This document shows, piece after piece, positions 39,877-49,941 of a stretch of 64,000 nt of DNA. Under the pieces are notes generated by a model. That model did no database searches. It was not told the DNA's origin and saw only the letters and a list, made by a program, of their open reading frames with translations. Position 1 is the stretch's first letter. The number at the start of each line of letters is the position of its first letter. The position numbers were made by a program, and so were the translations under genes. Source of the DNA: Candidatus Levybacteria bacterium RIFCSPHIGHO2_01_FULL_40_16 (GTDB taxonomy: Bacteria; Patescibacteriota; Microgenomatia; Levybacterales; UBA12049); the NCBI GenBank assembly GCA_001783805.1, contig MFNS01000007.1:1594-65593 (forward strand), read 5' to 3'.

Positions 39877-40605
39877 TTACCAGCCTTTGGCAATTTCTTC
39901 AATTAGGTCTCCGAAATATCTAACTGTCGGAACAATCTGGGTATAGTTAAGTCGGGAAGGTCCCAAAACTCCAACTTCACCGGTTAATTGTCCCGGAGTT
40001 TTGTAATGAGTAAAAACAAATCCGTAAGGCCCTTGCATATCCGGACCTAACTCATCACCCAAAAGTACTTGCACATCTTCAGAAACTATATCTGCAAAAT
40101 ACTTCCGGGGCGCTTCAAACTCATCCATAGTTGAGAGCAGATTTTTCATCACATCAATATCAAAAAATTCTGGCATTTCCAAAATATTGGCGTATCCCGC
40201 ACAATAAACATCTCCATCCGCAGTGGTCGCGATTGCCAAAGCTTTGGTCTTGTCCGCTAAGGATTTAGTAAGTTTGCGCAAAAATTTATCTTCTTTTTCC
40301 CGGTAATCCCAGAGACTTTCTTTAACTGAAGTTTCTTCAGTCACTGATAAATCTTTTTCTTTCATGAGCTGTTTGACGTAAAATTTCATTCCGACAGGAG
40401 TCGGCACACGACCGGCTGAAGTATGAGTTTTCTTCAAATAACCTAATTTAGTGAGCTTGACCATTTCATTTCTAATAGTTGCAGGGCTGGCGCTAAGGCT
40501 GTATTTTTTTTCCAGAGTTTCCGAACCAACGGCTTCGGCTGTTTCGATGTACTCTTCAATGAGGCTTTTTAAAATTTCAACCTGACGCTGAGTTAAATCA
40601 TGCAT
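39877..40605 (-). CDS. hrcA: heat-inducible transcription repressor HrcA
   Basis: EEYIETAEAVGS, SPATIRNEM, HTSAGRVPT; heads the grpE-dnaK operon. Confidence 0.93.
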   Translation of the reverse strand: MHDLTQRQVEILKSLIEEYIETAEAVGSETLEKKYSLSASPATIRNEMVKLTKLGYLKKTHTSAGRVPTPVGMKFYVKQLMKEKDLSVTEETSVKESLWDYREKEDKFLRKLTKSLADKTKALAIATTADGDVYCAGYANILEMPEFFDIDVMKNLLSTMDEFEAPRKYFADIVSEDVQVLLGDELGPDMQGPYGFVFTHYKTPGQLTGEVGVLGPSRLNYTQIVPTVRYFGDLIEEIAKGW

Positions 40606-40618
40606 AATAAAAATTGTG

Positions 40619-40646
40619 TTAGCAGATAATATACCACGACTGCTAA
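40619..40646. promoter_or_regulatory. CIRCE-like operator overlapping the hrcA promoter
   Basis: TTAGCAGAT-N10-GACTGCTAA overlapping -10 TATTAT, next to -35 TTGACA (40651-40656, minus). Confidence 0.65.
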
Positions 40647-40724
40647 TTAATGTCAAGCCCCACCCATACTATAGGTGGGGCGCCGACCCCGTCAAAGTGC
40701 TCATCGAGGCGTATTCGAATAGAA

Positions 40725-41420
40725 TTAAAAAGCTAATCTTGCAAGATCTTTTCCTATTTCGCCTTTATACACAACTACCTGATTTAGTTTTGCTGCTTCT
40801 TTAGGATTATGTAGAAGAGAATAACAATAACCGACTTCATTTAGTTGTCTCGTTTCTTTTGACTTGAAAGCTAGATAGTTATTGCGTGAAGTAGCTACTC
40901 CATCCATAAATAAGAACTTGCGCTTCAAGAAATAGTAAATGTCATCTTCAGAAAATCCTATAGATCTCCCACAAATTATGAGAAATAAGTGTTGGAATTC
41001 TGCGATTATATCGCTTGGATGGGAATGCGTTTCACTAATTGGCTCTATTCCTTTTATCCTACCCTTCGTTAGCTCCTTTGAGATTACCCATAGAGGCACT
41101 TCGCTGTTTTTGCCTTTAACAGGCGCTTTCTGCGCGTAAAGCGCTCTTTTGTCCTCCTTAAAACCCATCATTGACCATCTCTCCACTCCATCTCTTCTCG
41201 TCAGACTTCTCATCCTATTGAAAACATTATGCATAAAACTGTTTATCTGCATTTCTTGTGGATATTCATTTTTTGACAACAGATATTCTGGTCCACGGGC
41301 AAGCGCAAGCAGATACTCTTCGAGAAGTCTAAAGTCCCATTTCTGCGGCAGGCTATATTCTTTTTGTATGGGCGGCATATTGGTAATTTCGCTCGCCTGA
41401 ATTGTCTCTCGATTAGTCAT
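40725..41420 (-). CDS. hypothetical protein with possible JAB/MPN-like HxH..D motif
   Basis: ETHSHPSD...FSEDD; TATAAT 6 nt before ATG at 41420. Confidence 0.55.
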   Translation of the reverse strand: MTNRETIQASEITNMPPIQKEYSLPQKWDFRLLEEYLLALARGPEYLLSKNEYPQEMQINSFMHNVFNRMRSLTRRDGVERWSMMGFKEDKRALYAQKAPVKGKNSEVPLWVISKELTKGRIKGIEPISETHSHPSDIIAEFQHLFLIICGRSIGFSEDDIYYFLKRKFLFMDGVATSRNNYLAFKSKETRQLNEVGYCYSLLHNPKEAAKLNQVVVYKGEIGKDLARLAF

Positions 41421-41503
41421 GCGCGAATTATAAAACAATATGCATGTTTACACAACAATAAAACTGCTATGGTTAAGCCTTAAACTTGTGCTAAACTGGA
41501 AGT

Positions 41504-41845
41504 ATGAATCGCAGGAAACGGCCGGTCTGGTTATTAGTTATTAGTTTTTTGTTATTGGTAGGCCTCGCCTATTTAATTATTTTCCATTCTCCTTCAGCTC
41601 AATTTGCAATTTACTCCGCCGGCTGGCGGATTTCAATTTTACCCGTTTTCTTTTTATTGTTCTTTGCTTTTCTCCTATCATTCATCACTTATCTCCTCCG
41701 CAGTCTTCGCAGAGCAGCGTTGATTGGATTATTAATAGTAATTTATCTTGTTTTCCGCATGCTGCACCTAGATAGCCCCCACTTTCCGATTCTACTTCTC
41801 GCCCTTTTCATCACCCTCGAGCTTTTCTTCAAAAAGCACATCTAG
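41504..41845 (+). CDS. membrane protein
   Basis: 113 aa, about four TM helices; TGCTAAACT 6 nt before ATG. Confidence 0.7.
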   Translation: MNRRKRPVWLLVISFLLLVGLAYLIIFHSPSAQFAIYSAGWRISILPVFFLLFFAFLLSFITYLLRSLRRAALIGLLIVIYLVFRMLHLDSPHFPILLLALFITLELFFKKHI

Positions 41846-41858
41846 CTATTGCCCAATT

Positions 41859-42078
41859 GTGAGCACTGAAACAAGCGCGTTAAAAAATTGCGGAGTGAGT
41901 TGTCAGGGGAATTCCTCAGCGAGCGCAAACGAGATTGAGGAAGGGGTGAAATTACCCGACTAACGAATGAGGCAATTTTAGCGCGACTTTCACGCGAACG
42001 AGTTTTTGGTACTTTTGTCGGCACAAAAGTACAAGAAAAAAATAAAAAATTAGATCCTGAAATAAATTCAGGATGACA
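41859..42078. repeat. structured repeat copy 3 with terminal palindrome gatcctgaaataaattcaggatgaca
   Basis: Near-identical to 18245-18463. Confidence 0.9.
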
Positions 42079-42107
42079 TGGGAAAATTTCTCTGCTAGAA
42101 TGACCTC

Positions 42108-43583
42108 ATGAGCAAGTTTTATATTACAACCGCTATTGATTACGTTAACGACACTATTCATCTGGGGCATGCTTTTCAAAAGATTGCCGCTGATGTTTTG
42201 GCGCGCTATCACAGGATTACGCTTGGAAAAGACAATGTTTTTTTCCTAACCGGAACCGACGAATATGGACAAAAGGCTGAAAAAGCGGCCAAATTGGAAA
42301 ATATTCCTCCAAAAGAATTTGTCAAAAAGATCTCCGATTCCGACCAAAAAGAACAAGACTCTCTGAATATTTCTTACAATCGATTTATTAGAACAACCGA
42401 TCTAGACCACGCAGAAGTTGTTAAAGAAATTTGGAATAGGGTGCAAAAAAACGGTGATGTCTATTCCGGAGAATATCAAGGCTCATATTGCGAAGGTTGC
42501 GAAGCTTATTATGTAAAAGAGGATTTGATCAAGGGAAAATGTCCCGTCCATCCAACGCTGGAAATAAAAATAGTTAAAGAGCAAAATTATTTTTTCAAAT
42601 GGTCCAAATATAAAGATTTTCTGATCGATCACATCAAGAAAAATCCTGATTTTATTTACCCCGCCCACCGCGCGAAGGAAATGCTCGAATTTGCCAAAAA
42701 TATCAAAGACATTCCTATTTCCCGGAGTAATTTTACCTGGGGAATTCCCGTTCCTGCCCGCAATGCTTCGCATAGCGATGCAGGCGAGCCCGAAGATTCG
42801 AAACAGATAATTTATGTTTGGTTTGACGCTTTGGTTAATTATTTAACTGGAGTTGGATTTTTGAAAGACAAGGAATTATTTGCTAAATTTTGGCCGGCTG
42901 ACGTGCATATTTTGGGCAAAGATAATTTACGCTGGCACGCTCTTCTCTGGCCGGCAATGCTCAAATCCGCAGGCATTGAATTACCAAAAGCCATTTTGGT
43001 AAATGGATTTTTGAATATCAACGGACAAAAAATCAGTAAATCTGTTGGGAATGTTATCCGTCCGACAGATTGGGTAAAAAAATACGGAGCGGATGCTGTC
43101 CGCTATTATCTTTTGAGATACACCAATCTCACCGATGATAGCGATATTTCCGAAGAAAAATTATTGCAAGCTTACAACGCCGATTTAGCAAATGGTCTAG
43201 GAAATCTCGTCGCCCGCGTTGCCAAACTCTGCGAAAATAATAATCTCAATTTGACTAAACTTAAACAAGATAGGCCTAATCAAATATTGGAGGAGATAAA
43301 ACCCTTGCTCGAAGGTTTTAAATTAAACGATGCCCTAAGCTATGTATGGGGATCTATAAAAGGTTTAGACCAATATATAAACAGAGAAAGACCTTGGCAA
43401 AAAGAATTAATAGAAGCGAATAAAATCCTTAGTAATATTGTGATTGGCTCTGAGGCGTTAACCTCATTAAATGAAATTGCGGAAGCGCTTAAAATATTTC
43501 TTCCCGAAACTGCGGAGAAAATTGAAGGACAATTCTGCGGACCAAAAATTATTTCCGGAAAACCCCTCTTCCCGAGAATCTAG
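42108..43583 (+). CDS. metG: methionine--tRNA ligase (short form)
   Basis: HLGH, TGTDEYGQK, YVWFDAL, KISKS. Confidence 0.96.
   Translation: MSKFYITTAIDYVNDTIHLGHAFQKIAADVLARYHRITLGKDNVFFLTGTDEYGQKAEKAAKLENIPPKEFVKKISDSDQKEQDSLNISYNRFIRTTDLDHAEVVKEIWNRVQKNGDVYSGEYQGSYCEGCEAYYVKEDLIKGKCPVHPTLEIKIVKEQNYFFKWSKYKDFLIDHIKKNPDFIYPAHRAKEMLEFAKNIKDIPISRSNFTWGIPVPARNASHSDAGEPEDSKQIIYVWFDALVNYLTGVGFLKDKELFAKFWPADVHILGKDNLRWHALLWPAMLKSAGIELPKAILVNGFLNINGQKISKSVGNVIRPTDWVKKYGADAVRYYLLRYTNLTDDSDISEEKLLQAYNADLANGLGNLVARVAKLCENNNLNLTKLKQDRPNQILEEIKPLLEGFKLNDALSYVWGSIKGLDQYINRERPWQKELIEANKILSNIVIGSEALTSLNEIAEALKIFLPETAEKIEGQFCGPKIISGKPLFPRI
42753..42788 (+). repeat. 36-bp palindromic element (family PARN) in frame in metG
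   Basis: cctgcccgcaatgcttcgcatagcgatgcaggcgag encoding PARNASHSDAGE. Confidence 0.9.
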
Positions 43584-43603
43584 ATTAAGATATAATAAAA
43601 CTT

Positions 43604-44761
43604 ATGATCGCTACCCAGTGGTTTAATAAATTTAAGAAATATGAGCTGAAAGTCCTCATCTCATCCTCAATTCTCTTGCTTATTTTTTCTTCTTTTTACT
43701 TTATAGAGTCAACAAGGTCTAGAGCTCAAGTCTTAGACCTAGCTAAAATTTTAAGCGATTTAAAAAATCAAGACCAGGTTAAAATTAACGAACAATTAAA
43801 AATTAATATTAAGAACATTCATGATGCCTACAATCAGATCATAAAACCATACGAAAGGATTCAGGATTTAAAAGCACAAAAACAAGATGTTAAAGATTTG
43901 GAAAAAACCTATGCGGGAATTCTGCAATATTTATCTGATCTGAATTATTCATCGGGCTCTGCCCTTCTGACGCAATTAAATAGCGATATTGACAAAAAAT
44001 ACAATGCGCTGGCTACAGCGCAAACGTTAACCCCCTCAACGCAAACAGCAAGTGTAAGCAATACTCCTCCGGGAAGCGGATATAGCTTTCAAGCAGTAAA
44101 AACCGAAAATGGAACTTTTAATGTGGCAATTATTGCTGCAGATTTGAATTCTACCAGAGTGATTGTTGATACGGCATCCGATTCCGATTGCGCTAATAAT
44201 TGTCCCGTAATGAGCTTGGGCGATTATGTTGCCAGATCCGGAGCATATGCCGGAATAAACGGACCGTTCTTCTGCCCTGCCGAATATCCCAGCTGTGCCG
44301 GAAAAACCAACTCTTTTGACACTCTCTTAATGAATAAAAACAAACATTATTTTAATTCCGACAACAATAAGTATAGTACCGTGCCTTTAGTTTATTTTTC
44401 GGGAAATTCCATGGGAGTTCGGGGACAGTCTTTGGAATGGGGACGGGACGCGAGCGTAGACGCGGTTGTAGCAAATTTTCCGCTTTATATTTCCGGAGGA
44501 AATAATGTATTTGGCGGAAGTTCCGATCCGAAAATCACCAGCCGCGGTGCCAGAACTTTTGTCGCAAATAAAGGAAATTTTGCTTATATCGGAATCGTTT
44601 ATAATGCAACTTCGGCAGAAGCTGCAGATGTTCTTAAAACATTGGGAATGGAGAATGCATTAGGATTGGATCAGGGAGGATCAACTGCGCTTTGGTTTGG
44701 TGGCTATAAAGCCGGTCCGGGCAGAGGTCTCCCTTCAGCCCTCCTCTTCGTCAGGAAATAG
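43604..44761 (+). CDS. phosphodiester glycosidase (NAGPA-like) family protein
   Basis: TM anchor and coiled coil, then AGINGPFF, ART.V, ALGLDQGGSTAL. Confidence 0.8.
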   Translation: MIATQWFNKFKKYELKVLISSSILLLIFSSFYFIESTRSRAQVLDLAKILSDLKNQDQVKINEQLKINIKNIHDAYNQIIKPYERIQDLKAQKQDVKDLEKTYAGILQYLSDLNYSSGSALLTQLNSDIDKKYNALATAQTLTPSTQTASVSNTPPGSGYSFQAVKTENGTFNVAIIAADLNSTRVIVDTASDSDCANNCPVMSLGDYVARSGAYAGINGPFFCPAEYPSCAGKTNSFDTLLMNKNKHYFNSDNNKYSTVPLVYFSGNSMGVRGQSLEWGRDASVDAVVANFPLYISGGNNVFGGSSDPKITSRGARTFVANKGNFAYIGIVYNATSAEAADVLKTLGMENALGLDQGGSTALWFGGYKAGPGRGLPSALLFVRK

Positions 44762-44785
44762 TTTGCTTACTGCTATAATAAATGC

Positions 44786-45580
44786 ATGGTTGATGTGCAT
44801 TGCCATTTGAATTTCCACTCCTTTGAAAAAGATTATGATCAAGTCATTAAAAACGCTTTTGCGGCTGGGGTGACGAAAATTATCAATGTGGGAACCAAAA
44901 TTGACTCCAGCGAAAAAGCCATAGATTTAGCGCAGAAATATAAAAATTTATACGCGATTGTCGGCGTTCATCCTCACCACGCAGATAAATTGGAATCTGA
45001 TTGGCTGATAAAACTTGAACAGTTGGCAAAAAAGCCAAAGGTTGTAGGAATCGGAGAAATCGGCATGGATTTTTTTAGCTATAAATCTAATGCGATTGTT
45101 AATCCCATTCTTCAAAGAAGAATTTTTATTCAACAAATTGAGTTAGCTCATAAGCTTAAATTGCCTTTGCAAATTCATAACCGCCAGGCAGGTAAAGATA
45201 TTCTAGGCATTCTTGTTAAGCATAAATCTTATCTCCTAAATCCCCCCGGCATGTTTCACTGCATTGCAGGATCCATAGACATATTGAAATCTGCTCTGCA
45301 GATGGGTTTTTATGTTGGTTTTGACGGAAATATAACTTATGATGGTTTGGCTCCGGGAGAAGACACGACTCTAAAGGACTTAGTTAAATATGCTCCGCTT
45401 GATAGGATTGTGGTTGAGACAGACAGCCCCTATTTAACGCCGGTTCCCAGGCGGGGTAGCAGAAACATGCCTGAATATGTTATAATTACAGCCAAGTTTA
45501 TAGCGGATTTAAAAGGTCTATCTTTTGAGGAAATTGAGGCTAAAACAACCGAAAACGCGATAAAACTCTTTATCCTATGA
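44786..45580 (+). CDS. tatD: TatD family hydrolase
   Basis: DVHCHL, GVHPH, GEIGMD, ETDSPYL. Confidence 0.93.
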   Translation: MVDVHCHLNFHSFEKDYDQVIKNAFAAGVTKIINVGTKIDSSEKAIDLAQKYKNLYAIVGVHPHHADKLESDWLIKLEQLAKKPKVVGIGEIGMDFFSYKSNAIVNPILQRRIFIQQIELAHKLKLPLQIHNRQAGKDILGILVKHKSYLLNPPGMFHCIAGSIDILKSALQMGFYVGFDGNITYDGLAPGEDTTLKDLVKYAPLDRIVVETDSPYLTPVPRRGSRNMPEYVIITAKFIADLKGLSFEEIEAKTTENAIKLFIL

Positions 45581-47070
45581 CGAGCTTTTTCCAAAAAGTT
45601 TTTGCACGTTACCCGATAAAAACCAGAAGAGGTTTGGAGCTCCTTCCCGGATTTGTTTCCTGGACATTAATTCTCTTTCCTATTTGGGGCTCAATTTTGA
45701 TGCCCTATATCGTTGCGTATTTTATTTTATTTTTTGATGTTTATTGGTTTTTTAAATCATTTTCCTTAGCAATAAATGCGTACGCAGCTTCAAAAAAAAT
45801 CAAGAACGCAGAGCAAACAAATTGGCTTGCCAAACTCAAGAAATTATCTGACTATAAAAGGGTTAGACACGTTGTAATTATCCCTAATTATAAAGAAAAT
45901 CTTAACAAATTAAGGCAGACTGTCCGGTCTATAGCCTCGCAAACACTACCTACAAAACAAATCTACGTTGTCTTGGGAATGGAAGAAAGAGAAGAAGACG
46001 GAACGAGAAAAGCGCAGGCCATCATTAAAGAATTTAAAAATACCTTTGGTGATGTTTTTGCAACTTATCATCCGGATATGGCGGCGGAGGTCAAGGGAAA
46101 ATCCTCCAATGAATCATACGCCTCCAAAAAAGCATACTGTAAACTCATAAAAACAAGAATTATTAATATCAATTTCGCAACTGTATCATCTGTAGATGCG
46201 GATTCCGTTTTTGATAAACAATATTTTTCTTACCTTTCTTATGCATTTCTAACAGACAACAAAAGATACAACAAGTTCTGGCAATCGGCTAATGTAAATC
46301 ACAATAATTTCTGGACTGTTCCTGCACCAATCCGGATTATTGCTTTTTTTGGCAGTCTTTGGAGAACGGCACTTCTCGTTCAGAAAGACCGTTTGATTTC
46401 CAACTCAACCTATTCTCTATCCTTTTCTCTTCTCAAAAAAATCGGATTCTGGGATACGGACGTTATCCCCGAAGATTATCGGGTATTCTTTAAAGCTTTT
46501 TACAAACTTCAGGGTAAGGTTTGGATAGAACCGATCTTCTTAAAAACTTCTATGGATGCTCCTCTATCTTCAAATTATCTAAAAAGCCTAAAGAATAAAT
46601 ACCAGCAAGAAAGACGCTGGAGCTGGGGAACATCAGATGATCATTTGTATATAAAATGGTGGCTGACTGTCCCCAATGTTCCCTTCATGAGAAAAACAAT
46701 CATGCTCTACAATGTTCTTTTGGATCACTTCCTGTGGCCGGTCAATTGGTTCATCATCACTATTGCGGCAAACATCATTCCTTTCACAAATCCTGTTTTT
46801 CAAAGAACGACTCTTGGCTACAGTCTCCCCGGCTTGGCCGGATTCATTCTGACATCATGTCTAATTGCTTTACTGGCAATGGTAATCATTGATTTTAGAA
46901 ATCGGCCAAAAAATCCTTCCGTCTCTAAATTTAAAGAATTTCTATTTCCCTTTCAGCTTATTTTACTGCCAATCGTCGGATTCTTCCTCTCAACCCTTCC
47001 TGCTCTTATCTCTCATACTCAATTAATCAGAGGGAAAAGATTAGAATATAAAGTGACGGAAAAAATATAG
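45577..47070 (+). CDS. membrane glycosyltransferase family 2
   Basis: IIPNYKE, DADS, PED, QQERRWSWG. Confidence 0.88.
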   Translation: MTSFFQKVFARYPIKTRRGLELLPGFVSWTLILFPIWGSILMPYIVAYFILFFDVYWFFKSFSLAINAYAASKKIKNAEQTNWLAKLKKLSDYKRVRHVVIIPNYKENLNKLRQTVRSIASQTLPTKQIYVVLGMEEREEDGTRKAQAIIKEFKNTFGDVFATYHPDMAAEVKGKSSNESYASKKAYCKLIKTRIININFATVSSVDADSVFDKQYFSYLSYAFLTDNKRYNKFWQSANVNHNNFWTVPAPIRIIAFFGSLWRTALLVQKDRLISNSTYSLSFSLLKKIGFWDTDVIPEDYRVFFKAFYKLQGKVWIEPIFLKTSMDAPLSSNYLKSLKNKYQQERRWSWGTSDDHLYIKWWLTVPNVPFMRKTIMLYNVLLDHFLWPVNWFIITIAANIIPFTNPVFQRTTLGYSLPGLAGFILTSCLIALLAMVIIDFRNRPKNPSVSKFKEFLFPFQLILLPIVGFFLSTLPALISHTQLIRGKRLEYKVTEKI

Positions 47071-47085
47071 TTCATAGCGCGTGAT

Positions 47086-48552
47086 ATGAAAATCCTAAAA
47101 GGGCTTGAGGGCAGTAGACAATTTTGGTTTGTAATATTCACCTCATTTTTATTTTTTATACTAAGATTTCCTTCCCTTTTTGAACCGCTCTGGTATGGGG
47201 ATGAAGGAATATATCAAGTAGTCGGAACCTCTTTAAATCATGGAAAATTACTCTATGCTCAAATTTTTGATAACAAACCCCCGCTTTTATATTGGCTATA
47301 TGCAATTCTCCAATCGGATCAATTCACAATAAGACTTGCCTCTCTTATCTTTGGGGTGCTGGCGGTAATAATGTTTTTCTTTTTATCTAAAAAGCTTTTT
47401 GAGAATGCCAAGAAAAATAATAATATCGCTTTTTTAACAACATTTATATTTGCTATTCTATTTGGCTTGCCAATATTGGAGGGAAATATTGCAAATGCGG
47501 AAAACTTCATGCTCCTTCCAATTATTGCCGCTGCGCTTCTGATCTCAAATCTCAAAAATCAAATTTCAGATCTTAAATTATTTATAACGGGTTTACTTTT
47601 GGGAATTGCGTTCCTCTTTAAAATTGTTGCAGTTTTTGATTTCGCCGCTTTTCTGGCTTTCTACTTTATCCTAAACTTTAATTCTTTTAATTCTTTAAAA
47701 AAGGCAGTCAAATTATCTCCCATTATTACCGGATTTTCTCTGCCTATATTTTTAGTTGCTTTATTCTTTGTTGCAAACGGTACTTTAATAGATTTTATAA
47801 GAGCAACTTTCCTCGCTAATGTTTCCTATGTAAGTTACGGGAATAAAATCGGTAGTCTGCCCATTCTTCTTTTCATAAAATTGGTTCTTCTGGGAGGTTT
47901 TCTTCTTTTTGCTTTAGCGAAAAGAAAAAAGTTCAACCATACGACTCTTTTTATATCAATCTGGTTTGCGTTCTCATTATTTAATGCCTTCTTTTCCCAG
48001 CGCCCATACACTCATTATCTTTTGGTTTTAATTCCAAGCCTATCCCTGATGATAGGCTTGATTTTGCTTAATAAGAAACATCAAAAAACTATAACTGCCA
48101 TATTCTTAATAACATTATTTATTATTGTAAAGGGGTTTGGTATCCCGGGACCCAATCGAAACACCAATTACTATCAAAATTTTATCTCATATGTGATAGG
48201 TGGGAAAACAACTGCTCAATACCAGGCATTTTTTGACCGGAGTACTTCTTTTGATTACGAAATAGCGCGTTTTATTAAACCTAAACTAGACATACATGAT
48301 ACTATTTTTATTTGGGGAAATAACGCCCAGCTATATCAGCTGGTCGGCGTAGTTGCCCCGACAAAATACGTTGTTGCTTATCATATCTCAAATTATAAAG
48401 ATGGTGCAACAACTACTCAAACGGGAATAGAAAAAACGAAACCAAAATTTATTGTAATAATGGCAAACAGCGGATCAATTCCCTTTCCCCTTATAAATTA
48501 TTCTAAAAAAATTGATATCAATAACGCTACTATTTATGAAAGAATTTTTTAA
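47086..48552 (+). CDS. GT-C (ArnT/PMT-like) membrane glycosyltransferase
   Basis: WYGDEGIY..., FDNKPP, many TM helices. Confidence 0.8.
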   Translation: MKILKGLEGSRQFWFVIFTSFLFFILRFPSLFEPLWYGDEGIYQVVGTSLNHGKLLYAQIFDNKPPLLYWLYAILQSDQFTIRLASLIFGVLAVIMFFFLSKKLFENAKKNNNIAFLTTFIFAILFGLPILEGNIANAENFMLLPIIAAALLISNLKNQISDLKLFITGLLLGIAFLFKIVAVFDFAAFLAFYFILNFNSFNSLKKAVKLSPIITGFSLPIFLVALFFVANGTLIDFIRATFLANVSYVSYGNKIGSLPILLFIKLVLLGGFLLFALAKRKKFNHTTLFISIWFAFSLFNAFFSQRPYTHYLLVLIPSLSLMIGLILLNKKHQKTITAIFLITLFIIVKGFGIPGPNRNTNYYQNFISYVIGGKTTAQYQAFFDRSTSFDYEIARFIKPKLDIHDTIFIWGNNAQLYQLVGVVAPTKYVVAYHISNYKDGATTTQTGIEKTKPKFIVIMANSGSIPFPLINYSKKIDINNATIYERIF

Positions 48553-48889
48553 AGATATCCTCCAGGACAAAACTATAACTTCAGCATTTTTTATAAATAT
48601 TTTTTTGATAATTTCAGCTATTGCCTACATTTTATTTTCTTATGGAAAACTTCCTCCGTTCATTCCGGTTTTTAACCAATTACCCTGGGGAGAACAAAGG
48701 CTGGGGAGCCAATTCACGATATTTATTCCGATACTATCTGCTTTATTAATTTTTGTAATAAATATATTCATAAGCAATTTTATCTATAAAAAAATCCCCC
48801 TGATTGCCCGCATGTTTGCCGCCATTAGTTTACTTACGGGAGTTCTCACTTTTCTTTTTATCGTAAAAACTATTACATTAATAATTTAA
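48536..48889 (+). CDS. membrane protein
   Basis: Three TM helices, LPP.IP.F...PWGE..LG; overlaps the upstream stop. Confidence 0.7.
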   Translation: MKEFFKDILQDKTITSAFFINIFLIISAIAYILFSYGKLPPFIPVFNQLPWGEQRLGSQFTIFIPILSALLIFVINIFISNFIYKKIPLIARMFAAISLLTGVLTFLFIVKTITLII

Positions 48890-48891
48890 AA

Positions 48892-49941
48892 ATGATAATC
48901 TTTCTTCCTCTAATAACTGCATTTCTCATAACAGTTATAATAACTCCAATATCAATAATTCTCATAAAAAAAATGGGGCTTCTGGATAATCCTAAAACGC
49001 ACAAGCACCCTGGCATAATTCATAAAAAAATAATTCCCCGCGGAGGAGGAATTCCTCTTTTTATCGGTATTCTCTTAGCCGGAATATTTTTTCTGCCTCT
49101 GACCAAAACTGTAATTGCACTTTTTACGGCAGGAGGTATTGCGCTTTTAATTGGAATCCTTGATGACAAATATGATATTTCTCCTTATGTACGTTTTGTT
49201 GGAAATATAGCTGCGGCATTAATTGTCGTAAAATCCGGCATTACTATCCCCTTCGTAACAAATCCTTTCGGAGGGATACTTTATTTAAATTCAATAATCT
49301 TGCCTTTTTCGATTGCTCTTTCGGATATCGTTGCAATGCTTTGGATTATTTGGGTCATGAACATGTTAAATTGGAGCAAAGGAGTTGACGGCCAGATGCC
49401 GGGAATTGTCGCGATATCCGCAATAACAATTGGACTTCTTAGTCTCCGATTTGCAGGATCGGATTCATTCAGTCAGATAAGCGTAGATTTATCATTTATG
49501 ATAGCGGGTGCATCTCTGGGATTTTTAATGTTTAATTTTCATCCCGCAAAAATATTTCCGGGGTATGGGGCAACTGCAGTTTATTTATTGTTAAGTGCCG
49601 CATCTATTCTTTCCGGAGCAAAATTGGCAACAGCAATTTTGGTAATGGGAATTCCGATGATAGACGGACTTTTTACTGTCTTACGCCGGCTCTTGTCGGG
49701 AAAATCCCCATTTTGGCATGATAAAAAACATCTCCACCATCTTCTTTTAAGTTTTGGAGCCAGTCAAAGACAAATCGCATTGTTTTATTGGATAATCTCT
49801 GCTATATTAGGGGCACTTGCTTTAGTTTTGTCAAGCCGTGCAAAACTTTTTGCAATTATAATGCTTTTAATTGTTGTTGGAGGAACATTACTCTTCTTGC
49901 ATCGCATATTAAGCAAGACTTATGATAAAGACCGCCTATAA
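48892..49941 (+). CDS. MraY/WecA family polyprenyl-phosphate sugar-1-phosphate transferase
   Basis: PRGGG, GILDD, N..GVDG, FNFHPAKIFPG, HLHH. Confidence 0.9.
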   Translation: MIIFLPLITAFLITVIITPISIILIKKMGLLDNPKTHKHPGIIHKKIIPRGGGIPLFIGILLAGIFFLPLTKTVIALFTAGGIALLIGILDDKYDISPYVRFVGNIAAALIVVKSGITIPFVTNPFGGILYLNSIILPFSIALSDIVAMLWIIWVMNMLNWSKGVDGQMPGIVAISAITIGLLSLRFAGSDSFSQISVDLSFMIAGASLGFLMFNFHPAKIFPGYGATAVYLLLSAASILSGAKLATAILVMGIPMIDGLFTVLRRLLSGKSPFWHDKKHLHHLLLSFGASQRQIALFYWIISAILGALALVLSSRAKLFAIIMLLIVVGGTLLFLHRILSKTYDKDRL

